This document shows, piece after piece, positions 25,601 to 37,400 of a stretch of 64,000 nucleotides of DNA. The position numbers and the translations under genes were made by a program. Numbering within the stretch: the first letter of the stretch is position 1; each line of letters begins with the position of its first letter. Origin of the DNA: Camelus dromedarius. Taxonomy: Eukaryota. The notes below the pieces were generated by a model. That model worked only from the letters and a program-made list of their open reading frames with translations. It had not been told where the DNA came from and made no database searches. Location of the stretch: contig NC_087437.1 in NCBI RefSeq assembly GCF_036321535.1, forward strand, positions 70,682,001-70,746,000. The letters are read 5' to 3'.

Positions 25601-26350
25601 GCCAATAAACTTTACATTCAAAGTTACTCAGCATCATTAGTCATCAGGGAAATTCAAATTAAAACCACAAGGAGATCATAGTTCATGCTTACTAGAATGA
25701 CTAAAATAAAAAAGACTGACACATTCAAGTGTTGACAAGGAGGTAGAATACTTGGCATTCTTACATTTGCTAGTGGGACGGTTCCACTTTGAAACACTTA
25801 GTGAGTATCATATAAAGTTAAACATATACCTACCTACCCTATTGCTTGGTAATTGCATTCCTGGTATTTACCAAAAAGAAATGAAAACTATGCCCTGAAA
25901 AAGACTTGCACAAGAATGTTTATAGTAACTTTGTTCATAATTACCTAAAAATGGAAACACCCAAATGTAGGAAATGGAATACAAAATGTGGTGTATTCAT
26001 ACAATAGAATACTAATAAGGAAAGGAAACAAAACAAAACAAAATCGATTATAACATAGATAACAGTGTGAATGAATTTCAGAAGTACGTTGTCCAAAAGA
26101 ATCCAGGATCCAAAAGATTGTATGCTGTATGATTCCATTTGTATGAAGGCAAAGCTACAGTGATAAAAATTAGAATATTGGTTGTTATGAGAGGTGGGAA
26201 TTGACTGGAAGGGGGCACAAAGGCATTTTTATGTCTTTGTTAGGGTGGTGGTTACATAGGTGTATACATGTATATCAAAACTCCTTGTACTATATACACT
26301 TTAAAAATCCATGGATTTTGCTGTTATGTAAATTTTACCTTAATTTAAAA
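22613..26350 (+). mobile_element. Old L1M (L1ME-type) LINE: 5'UTR, decayed ORF1, internally deleted ORF2, 3'UTR
   Basis: ORF1 C-terminal remnant KKKNYQLRILP (24205) resembles L1 KEKNCQPRILYP; 'ttcatatggaa...aacaaagttggag...acttcaagact' corresponds to ORF2 KFIWN..KNKVG..DFK; 3'UTR 'ttgactggaagggggcacaaagg...gggtggtggttacataggtgtatac...tatgtaaattttaccttaatttaaaa'. Confidence 0.85.
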
Positions 26351-29300
26351 TACATGTATATGCTTGACCCTAATCAGCTCTCACCAGAAGTGCTTCATAC
26401 ATTTTTGCTGACAGTTTCCCCAGACGCTGTCCTAATTAACCTTCAGAGCTATGTTAAAACTTTTCTTTTTGCCTATTGCCTTGATTCCAAGAGGTGTGGT
26501 AAAACATAAATCGTCAAGATTTGGAAACCCAGGGAATGTTCAAGGTTAAGGAAAGAGGAATCCAATAACAAGCCCAAATATGGCCTTGGCTAGGCCTTGC
26601 TACTTCAGGCAAGTGTTCACTGATCATGTTCAGTTTTCTTTTGTGAATGATACTGTTTTCTAAATGTACTTCACTTCTTGAGCAAGAGGGATAAAGTCCT
26701 TCACATTTGCTTTTTGTTTGATTACACACTGCAAAGTTAATAGCAAACTGTAGGCTTAAAAACTTCAAAGAATTTCAGGGCTTTAAATTTTTTTTCTTCT
26801 TTCTACTGTCCAACCAATAGTTTTATTTATTCCCTGGTTTACTCTATATTTTGAAGAGTCATACCACCCACCAAAAAAAAAAAAAAGAATAATTAAATAT
26901 TCAAAGCTGACAGTAAGCAAAAGATTTCAATTCCTTTCCAATGTGGGTTTACCACTTCCTTGTGTTTAACTGTGAAGCTGATGTTTTGGCAGTATTATCA
27001 TATGACTGAGAGTTCTGCTTTACTTAAAACACTCTTGTTTTTAGCTTATATAATTGTCATCAGGTCTTATCTTACTGTACTCCTCTCCACCCACCCCCAA
27101 ATAATACTGCCCAAGTCTGCCTTTCTTTTGTAGTGGATATTTTTTAAAGCACCTAATACCTGAATTATGAAGTGTAGACAAGAGTACATTAACCTGGCTG
27201 AGTTATTTCCTCTCCTGCTTTTTTGTAAGCACGTATTCTAGCTCAGTCTATCAACACCAGATGGCAACTGCATTTTGATACACTGAATATTTACCAAGTC
27301 ATGTGGTGTGCTTTTGAAGTATTTTTTTTACCCTTTCCATCAAATGAGCTGACTCAACCTTCATTCGTTGCTGTTTTTAACAGGTTGCATTTTTAGAAAC
27401 TTGACCTCAGCTTTATCAAAATGATAAAAGATGTCTTAAAATAATGCATCAGAAATTCTAAAGCCATGAGGACATCTTATGTCCTATGACTATCAATATC
27501 ATGTATATTGTTACATTTTTAAATGTTGTTAATGTACAAATTCCCCTCAAATACTTTAATGAAACTGTACTCCAACTACATTACTGTTTTAGCATAGAAG
27601 AATGTGGTGGGAGTATATTTGTACTTAGCTTTAGGATATTCAGAAAATTAAAGCATTTATGGTTGAAATCACTAAAAATTACCGTGAAAATAACAACTGA
27701 GCAACTGATATTTATGTCCAAGTCCTGAATAAAGAGCACTATATTTTGGGTCTAATGAAAGAGTCAGCCTATTAGAAATAGGCAGTAGGCCTAATAATAG
27801 TAATAATAAGAAAAAAAGACTAAATGACCTTAGAATACTATACTCTCATGTTTTCCTCTTGTCTTCTTAGTCTTCCTAGGAATATGTATTTGTGGATGCA
27901 CTCTCAGGAAATTTCTCTAAACAAATGCTGTTATTCCTAAGTCTAGGGAGATAAAAAAACAAAGAGGAAAGTCTTGACAGATAAAAGTACATGGCTTTGA
28001 ACAATGTGCATGGAGGCCAATGCATATTCTAAGAATTCTTCCTCACCTGTTAATCTCCAAAGACTATTTCAGTTATTATTTAAGTTTTTATGGCTACTTA
28101 CCAATGACTTTTCAGAAACAGTAGAGAATATTTTGTGTCTTAAGAAGTTAAGAATCAGTGCTTTATATATAGAAGAGTTAAAGTTTGTTTTGTGGATAAT
28201 TTTTTTCAAAATTATTATAGTTTTTTTTCTTCTTAAAAGCAGACATTAGGGATATTTGGAAAGATTCAAACAGAGAAATATGAAAGGACCTATTCAGTTT
28301 TACCAAAAATCTCCTATGACACCCTTATCCATTAAATTTTCTAGCTCAGTTGGGTAATTAAAATTGCTTCTCTTTTTGTGTGTGTGACGACACATTCTGT
28401 ATAGAGCTTAGTTTCGAGTAGATTCTCAAAAGTATCAATTGTTTTATTAATTTATTAAATGCACATAAAACTCTAAGTGTAGCACCTGATGCATAGTGGG
28501 TATTCAAGTTGTTCATTCTTATTCTATTAATATTGCTGCTGTTATGATTAGAACTGTTAAAAGGACATTTCCAGCTGGCCTTTAGAAGTTCTCTCATTTA
28601 GCCTATCTTTCTGTAAAAGATTTGGGAAATATACAATCAACCTAGTGAAAATTTAAAGTAATTTGAGTTATATTCTAGAGGCAAAAAAGGGGAAGATTCT
28701 GGAGGCAAAACACTACCAACAGTCCTGAGTTCATCAAAGTTTGGATTAGAATTAGTTTTTTTATACATATAGAACTTGAGAGCAAATCGTTTTATCCCTA
28801 TGGCAGACTTCTTTCTCTGTAGACTTTGTCAGCTTTTCACCTATACAATCTTCTGCAAGAAGAAGTACATCCTATTAAAGCATACCCACAAGTCAAGCCC
28901 ATTGTGCTCCCTTTTAGGTTGTGTAAATCTACAACATTGTTAGTAGTTTCTTTAGGAAAAAATCTGGTAGAATTCTACATTCTCTTATTAAATAAGCCCA
29001 GAAGATGTTCTACTAACCCTTTCACTTTTAATAGCCCTTTTGTGTGTAATCAGCTTCTCAAGAACTAGAATTCCTAGAGCCTGTTTATCTTATTTTATGA
29101 ATTTCACTTGAATGTTTCTAACTTTCTGGAGACTCATCAGATCGAACGGCAACATATTATATTCAGTCAGCAAAAGAGTTAGTAAAAGCATTGTGGTGGA
29201 CACACAGACACACACACACGTAAGGTTTTCCATATGGTTTATATTGTATTCCTTTCCCTTTCCCTGAAGTAAAGTAACAGTAAAAAATATCGTATCTTCT

Positions 29301-29979
29301 TTGGCTCCTCTGCCAGATTAAACATAGGATAATTAAGTTATTATATTTTGGGGGAGAGATAGGAGATGGATAGATATAATTTTTGAACTGGGAGACACTT
29401 CAAATAGGGATCATTTCATTTAGTAACACACTGGTCAACCCCTTAAAGTTGTATTATTTTAAATATTTAAATATTTAATTTCTGAGCCTGATGGTTAGTC
29501 AAAAGAGTAGGAGCTAGAATAAATCATAGTATTGGCTTTACTTTTATTTTAGGTGGCACTGCTTTCTATACCAACATTGTTTGAGTTTGTTGCCTTTGTG
29601 TTGAAACTTAATGAAAATCCCTTGACAATGTCAATGATTGTTGCCTACTATATTTATGAACTTTGAAATACATTGGGACAAACTCTAGTCAAGTTAAAGT
29701 GTTTGGTTTTTCTAAATTCTCTCTGTATTTTAGATAGAATTTCATTCCTCTTTAAACTGTTATCCAAATGGATTATTGGGTACAGTTTGTCAAACGCAAT
29801 CACTTAGGGGGCAGCCAGTCCTGAGTAATATAACATTATTATTGCATATAGCACAAATTAGTAAAATAGTTAATAGTATACTTTTATGAATGGCACTTTC
29901 TAAATTTAAGATATATTACCATTTTGTTCTATCAGTGCTTGGAAGTCTGTATTTGGTGAATTTTCCCTTAAAAAGAAAA

Positions 29980-30120
29980 GATTATCATGTCTCCTCACTT
30001 GTCTTATGATACTTAGCTCATTAGGTCTTTGAAAGTATTAACTGTGAAAATATATATAAAATGCTTAGCAGAAAGTGGTATACAATAAGCATTCAATAAA
30101 TGTTTCCAGTTGTTATTATA
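29980..30120 (+). mobile_element. MIR 3' fragment followed by an AT-rich tract to about 30250
   Basis: 'aatatatataaaatgcttagcagaaagtggtatacaataagcattcaataaatgtttccagttgttatta'. Confidence 0.6.
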
Positions 30121-30789
30121 CATAATATGTTCATAGCTATTAATAATGTTAAAATACTAATAATACTGTAATTATTATAATGCCTAGTATATAATAAATA
30201 GTAAATATTAATTATATTAACTAATAGGTTCCTTAGTAAATTTTTATTAACTAGAGTACTAAGGCAATAATGGAAGGAATGTCATAACAAATTCAATAAC
30301 ACAATAACACAGGTGAAACAGCTAGTCAAAGCCTAGCACAAAATTTACTGAAAATTTATGCTTAAAGTACATCTTTTTACTCTTCTGATAGACAACCATA
30401 TCAAAGTATAAGTGGAAAACATATTCTAAAATGTCGGAACACTAAACATGATAAGCTTGTGAAAAATCTCTAAAGAATTAACCTTAATAATAATCTAGTA
30501 TTGTCTTCTGTTTCTTAGTTCTGATCTTTACTTTTTTTTCAAATGATGCAAGTTAGGGATTAAGCCTTTTTCTTCTACTCCTAGCATTTTATCAATTAGC
30601 AAAGGATGAGCTGTCGACAAAGTACCATCCGGTCAGTTGTCAAATGACTGTTACAGACAGTGAGTGCTCTCAGGGTTAGATAGCTTTCCTTTCTCTCACA
30701 TAAATGTCATGATTGTTAGCTCCTTACTCTAAATTTAGTTTAGGTACTAGAGAAGTACGGAGTACTGTAGTATGTAAAACACAGGTTCG

Positions 30790-30945
30790 TTAGGTAATCA
30801 TCATTTTAGAGATGACTAAACTAAGGTTTAAACAGGTTGGCTAACTCGCTCAAGGTCATGCTGATACTAAGTAGTCGAGCTGGTTTCGAATTCATGGCTG
30901 TCTGACCCCAGGCCCATGCTTTTCCTAGCATATCACATTGCTTCT
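30790..30945 (-). mobile_element. MIR SINE
   Basis: 'cattttagagatgactaaactaagg...ctaactcgctcaaggtcatgc...gagctggtttcgaattcatggctgtctgaccccaggcccatgct'. Confidence 0.8.
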
Positions 30946-33429
30946 TTCACTCAACCTAAGTAAACTGCCAAAAGCTTTTCCAGAAGTTTAACCTCACTTT
31001 AAACTTTTGAGTCCTCCAGCTGCCAAATGTGGCTCCCTATTTAGGTTCTTTATCTTTGAGTTATCAAAGCAAGAGATGTAGAGGTGGAGGGAGGGAGAAA
31101 AGGAATGCTGTTGGGGATTGGGGTAGGGGTTCATGAACGTCCCTCTTCAGCTTCCTCCCCATGATAACTCTTACCTTATTCCTAAGAGGAAAAATGTAAA
31201 AATCCTCCCTTCTTAAGAAGCGTAAAACTACCTGGACTAAGTTCCATCCAATCAGTGATTAACTAGCAACTCTAGCCCAGAATTCTAAGTCTTTTCTTTT
31301 CCTTTCTAAAGGTAACTCCTCAGCCTTCCCCTCTACTTAATCTGCATATTGTACTAAAGTTGTTTATCTTCCAACGTTTTGCAGTTTCCCTTAGGAATAC
31401 CCTTAGCAACTGACTTCCATGCAAACTGCCTGGGAAAGTTTAAGAGGATCATATCCCTTGTAACTAAACAAAATTGAGCATTTGAATGGAAATTTAATAG
31501 CAAATTAGATTGGCATCATAACAGGAAGATGAATGAAACTTTTGTTTTCTTTATATTTGCTGTATAAAAGTCAACTAACTCTCCATTATACAGTAGCCTG
31601 GAAGAAAGAGATTATTCTATTTTTTGGCTTATTGTACAATATAGCTTGTTTTCACTATATCCTATCAATTCAACCTCCAAAGCAAATCTTAAAACTCATC
31701 TCCTTTTCCCATTGCCATTGCCTTGTGCCTTGACTATTGCAAATGTTCCTAGTGGAGTTTTCATTAGGACAAAATTTTCATTAGAAGGAAGTAGACTCTT
31801 CCTTTTCCAATTAAAAACTGTAATATAAGGGAGAAAAGGTATGCCTTTCATTCTCTTGAAAGTAGGATTTCCACTTTTTTTTTTTTCATCCTCATGTAAA
31901 AATTTTCCTAACTTCTCCCATCTTCTGAAATCCTACTGACTGAGAGAGGGCATAAAGATAAGAGCTGGCTTGGGTGCCTCCTTTTTGGTCCTCAGACTCC
32001 TGTTATCCTCTCACTTAGCTGCTTTTCATATAGTTCTTCTCTGTATAGAGATTTTTTTTTGAAAACTGAGAAATTTGAAAAAACTTTATTCCTAAAACGT
32101 TTATGCCCTATTTTTTTGTTTATACAAAAGACCTTAGGAAAATGACTAAGGATGAAAAGTGACTCTCCTCTCCTCCTCTCCTATCAGTACTTCTGATCAC
32201 CTGCAGTAATTCTCCTAATCCTCTGGATTCTTTTCTGACCATGCTTTGGACTTTATGCCACAGTTGAGGGCTCTGCTTCAGCAATTTTTTTCCTCTATTC
32301 CTCAAAACTACATAATTCATTAAGTGAAGAACTAAGAATGAAATACCTCATGCTTTATGCTTTAAGTCTTCACATGCATTCTTTGTGATTGTCTCAAGTC
32401 AGAGAAAGTGGTTATATCTATTATGTAAAGGCAAATGGCAAACTAAATCCTGATTTAATGGATAAAATTAATTTGGGTACTCCGTAACAAAAGTCTGCTT
32501 ATACTAGAACTCTGTTTAGTTTAAGGAGTCATATTAAATCTCTGTGATTCAACAACCCACTCTGAGGCACTGAATGTGGGGTGGGGGGAGGGAGTGAATG
32601 TGGGGCAACTAATAATAATATTAAAATAAAGCAACTTTGAATTTCAATAATACTATCCATTTTAAACTGATGCCAGCCAGAGAGATATCAGGAAACAGCT
32701 GACTGAAATAAATACATTTGAAACATTTCTGGAATTAACAAGTGAGAACGGCTTCCGGATAGTGTTATAAAGACAAAGGAATATAATCTGTGAGTGTTTA
32801 CGAAGAAGGTGAGAGGTAAGGTTGAGATATCCTCACCATTTGGCCAGATAATTAATTAGGTTTGTCAGTAATGCTTTAGATTATATTTGTAAAGGTTTCA
32901 GTGGTTATTAAGTAATCATTTATAGGAATTCTTTGATAATATATATGTGTTTGAGAACAGTTGGTAATAAAGAAAATTCCTGTACATAAATTTCATTTAC
33001 ATAAAAATGTATTATGTGAATTCTTAAAGATAAGAATAGATGATCTTTGGTATTCAGTAATGTAGTCTTCTACAATGGGTCCTTTAGAACATTACGTTTT
33101 ATTTTTATACAAGAACTTTTACTATATTTTCATATGTCTTTGAGCTTTGTAATAATCACTTCAACAAACATCTGTGTGTGTGTGTATAATAAATTGTATT
33201 ATATTTAAAATAAATATGTACAGTTTACTAAAATATGCTATTTAGTATCCATTATCCGTAGAGAAAGAATTTTTTAATTTATATATTAATTTTCTGTTTT
33301 TTTTTTAATTTCTGGAGCTACTGAATTCATTTAAATTATGTCCTAAATATCCTTCCTACTCACAACTGCGTAATTCCATGACATAAGGGCTTATTAGTCC
33401 CATTTTTCTGTCTTACTGACCACCTTGGC

Positions 33430-33960
33430 AACATCAAATGAATGAACTGCAGGGATATACAACATGAATAAACTTTAACAATATAATATTAAGTGAAAAT
33501 AATTAAATCCCAAAACAGTACGTAGAACATAATAGGATTTTATAAAGTTAAAAACAACCAAAATACATACATATTGCATACATAATATATACACACATAT
33601 GCATATATATATATATATACATACATACACACACAAACATAAATTTAAGAATACCTATAGATGTGATGAAACTACGTGAAAAGGGAAACAAAGAAAGATA
33701 AACTTAAGAATCAGAATAATGGTTATCTTAGGTGGAAGAAGCAAGAATATAAGATAGGGAAAACTAAATGTATAGATTAGTTTATTATAAAGCTCTTAAC
33801 TCTTCTTTCAGGGGCTTAGTTTGCTAGTATTTATTAATTCATTAAAAAATAACTATGGGAATAAAAGTAGGCCAAGCATGGACCAATAGTGGGTATGCAT
33901 CATGTACCAAGGATTATGATTATCCAGTTCCATACACCTGAGGTACCAAAAGGAAAAAAA
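33430..33960 (+). mobile_element. L1ME-type 3' end (L1ME5-like) with an internal TA/CA microsatellite
   Basis: 'aaatgaatgaactgcag...acaacatgaataaac...ataatattaagtgaaa' and terminal 'ggaccaatag...catgtaccaaggattatgattatccagttccatacacctgaggtaccaaaaggaaaaaaa'. Confidence 0.75.
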
Positions 33961-33971
33961 GCCACAATCAC

Positions 33972-34498
33972 TGTGTTAGTTATCTCTTACTGAAAAATAG
34001 AGTACCTCAATAACTTAGTGACTTAAAACAAAACACATAATATCTTTCAGGAATCGCTCATGATTAGGAATTCTGGAGCAGGTTAGCGAAGTGGTTCTGG
34101 TCTCAGATCTTTTCTGATGCTGCTTTCAAGATGTCAGCAGGGGTTACAGTCATCTGAAGGCTTACTGGGGCTTCAGGATCCACTTCCAAGGTGGACTCAC
34201 AGGACTCAGAAGTCAGTGTTGACTGCTTGTCTCAATTCCTTGCCACGTGGACCTTTCCATAGGGCTGCTTACATGTCTTCACAGCAGAGGGGCTGGCTTC
34301 CCCACAGTAAGTGATCAAAGAGAGTAAGGAGAAGCAGCAATGGCTTTTCTGACCTCATGTTGACTCGCACAACATCACTTTTACCACATGTATTGGTCAC
34401 ATAGGTCAACCCTGATATAATGTAGACAGGACTACACAAGTATGTGAATACCAGGAGGCAGGGACCTTAGGGGGTTGGCTTGGAAATCGGTACACACA
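33972..34498 (-). mobile_element. MaLR solo LTR, MLT1F-like
   Basis: 'tgtgttagttatc...aacttagtgacttaaaacaa...cagtcatctgaaggcttactggggc...ggatccacttccaaggtggactcac...ggactacacaagtatgtgaataccaggaggcaggga'. Confidence 0.85.
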
Positions 34499-37400
34499 AA
34501 CCAATCTGGCTTACCTTGAACAACTAGCTTTATAATATACCACAACTCTTAAATTCCAAACATTTTTTCCCTATTCTGTTCTTGGTGGCATTAGAGAATT
34601 TGTTTTCCTCTAGAGTTGGAGCAGAAAGAAATAACTTTCTGCTTTTGATATAATAATACAGCATTCTAATTTCATCTTTCCATTTAATGTTTTAATAAAC
34701 AATATATTAGCTTCCTTCTGCATGTGCTTTTAATTGTGTTGAGCTGTATTATTTTTTTTCCTATTCTAAAATTTCTCATTTCTAACCTTCTAGGCTTCAT
34801 CCTTCCTATATAGAGTTATTAATCATTTTGTTACCGTCATGGATTTTTCCCAAAGCTGTAGATTTATGAATTTGCTTATTTTAAAGTTTTTCTATTGTTC
34901 ACTTTAAAATATTTGTCCAGGTGACTTTTTGTGCATTCATGGATTATTTATAGGTAATCTTTCATGTGCCGAAACAGTAGAGTCTCAGTATTAAGCAGAA
35001 TTGGAAAGGTATGGGAATAAATACACATAGAGAAAAAAGGAGTATTATAAGGAAAGATGAGGGCAAAATGTAAAGTAAGAAATCAAATTAAGTAGTTGGA
35101 GGGATTCTCAATTTTTCTATAATACCCTTCTATTTGAAAGAACTGCACTTCAACCATACTAATTTAATAGTTGACTATAATACTCAAAGATCAACTGAGA
35201 ATCATATACCAAAACTCCAAGGTCAGGCTTTGTGAACCTTGAACACCACTGGGACTTTTCACGCCTCCTTATTTGTGACATACCTAAAAACGGTGGTTCA
35301 CTGATCTAATGGGTCATAAAAGTGTGTAGGTAATAAGAAGTAATAAGAAAAACTGGTCTAGTACTTTACAGATAACTGAAAATTAGCCACACAAATATCC
35401 CTTTCCCACTATTGCTTCACTACTTGTCAAAATGCATTCAGGTGAATAAACTACAAAGGGATCAATTGATTAAAGAATATGTGACATAATGTCTGCTGTC
35501 CCTTGTGACCTATATCATTCCCCAGCCCACATCTACAAGAAAGACATTTTCATTAGAGGGCTTCTTTTTTTCCTTATTAGAATTCATTTCAATAACAATG
35601 GAAAAGAAAGAAAAGTGTTTAGAACAAGAAGCCATCAGAACAACATAGCACATGAAACAACTAAGGAAAATTTTGCAGCCTCAAAGGAAGAATACTCATG
35701 AAGGAATAAGCATGTTCCAACCATATGTTTTCACATAATAGTTTACAAATGTATCCAACCATATAAAAACTAAAATTAGCAATTTTGGCGGGAAAAGTGA
35801 CCTCTTTTCTTAATGAAGATTTTAGCGTATTTATTTTTCATAGAAAAGGAGGTGTGATTAATAATGTTATAAGATGGCATAAAATGTTTTTCCTTGAATT
35901 TCTGCCTAGCCAAGACTTGTAGTTTAAGTCAACTGAAGTCTTTTTGCAACCTTTTGATATCAGATCAAGTGACACTTACCAATATAGAAATAATATATCA
36001 TCTTATACTCTTCTGCAACTGCTTATAAACTGTTTCAGGATTACATATGCTAATCTCCAAAAAAAAGTGAATGACCAGTGAGACAATGAAAAAGGACTGG
36101 GCCACATTCACTTTTTGCAGGGGGAATTCATTTATCAGTTGAGCTTCAGACATGGGCAGCTGAACCACATGAGTGTTAGTATCCCAGGTTGCCGAATTGT
36201 GGAGACAGTTTGAATTAGCTAGAAGGGTTTCCAGGAAAGACTAAACTCAATTAACTTGCTATGGCTAAATATTTAAAACCTGAAGTTCGCAGGCTTCCAG
36301 ACCTGTTCTGATTTCAGCCAGACACTGACAATCAAGAAAAGTGCTCAATTTGTGATACGCTGAGCTACTGCCACTCTCCTGGACAAAAACGCAAAGTATC
36401 GGTATGCTCTATTGCTCCCAAATGAAATCCATACCGTACCACCTCCAGCCCCACTCCACCCAAATTTCCCTTTTCCCACCCTGAGCTATTTGTGCATTCC
36501 TAGATTGCCAATATCAGTTAAGTGTTGATCATATTCTAAACATCAAAGTAATTAACAATAAGGTGTGAATGAGGTTTACAGGTTCACAAGGCAGATTTGC
36601 ATTTTAAAAGAGGGGCTTGTTAAACACAAATGAACTTCTAATAGATGGAATGTGTGAGAGAAATTTTTCTCTCTGAGGGATAGGAGCCAAATTTCCAGTG
36701 CTCTTTCTCAGGGGTACCAAGTACAGTTTTCTTGGCATTCCTCTCCCTTCTGCAGGCTCTCACCATTCACTCCTCTTTATATCCTACTACCTTTTCAAAC
36801 AGCACATATTTAAAACAGAGAATGATGAGAGTTGCCTGATAGACCCTTATATAAACCTGAAGGTCTTGGGGCCTCCCTCAGATTAGGTACAAGAGCCCTA
36901 ATTCTCCGAGTAGTCAATTTAAACAGACAAAAATGTCGTACATTAAAGAATTAATGTACTCTTCATTTAGTGTATTGACCTGTTTTAATTATTTAAATGA
37001 AGGACAATTTATAAGAACTTTTCCTACAGTTACTAAAAGCTCTAAAAAAATGTCTTTTTTAAAAATTGGGGGGAAAGTCAAAGACTTTTTTTTACAAATA
37101 AAATCATTTAATTACATTCATATAGATGAAAAATGAAAAACATTTTCCATATAATTTTGATGTCAGATAGACTAAGAGAATTAACTCTGAACACCAGATT
37201 TTTCTTCTGGGCCAAAGAATTTAGAATTTCAGAGAAGAAAGAGGAGAATCATCAAGAAGAAGAAAGGAGGGTATATCAGTGATGAGTAAATGTGATGAGT
37301 AAAGAGAAAATTATTCTGTTCCACAAACTAGCCCTTCTACTCCAATGCCTCTTACTCCCAAGTTTCCTTTTCTGTTTGAGGAAAGGTTATCTATATTAGA

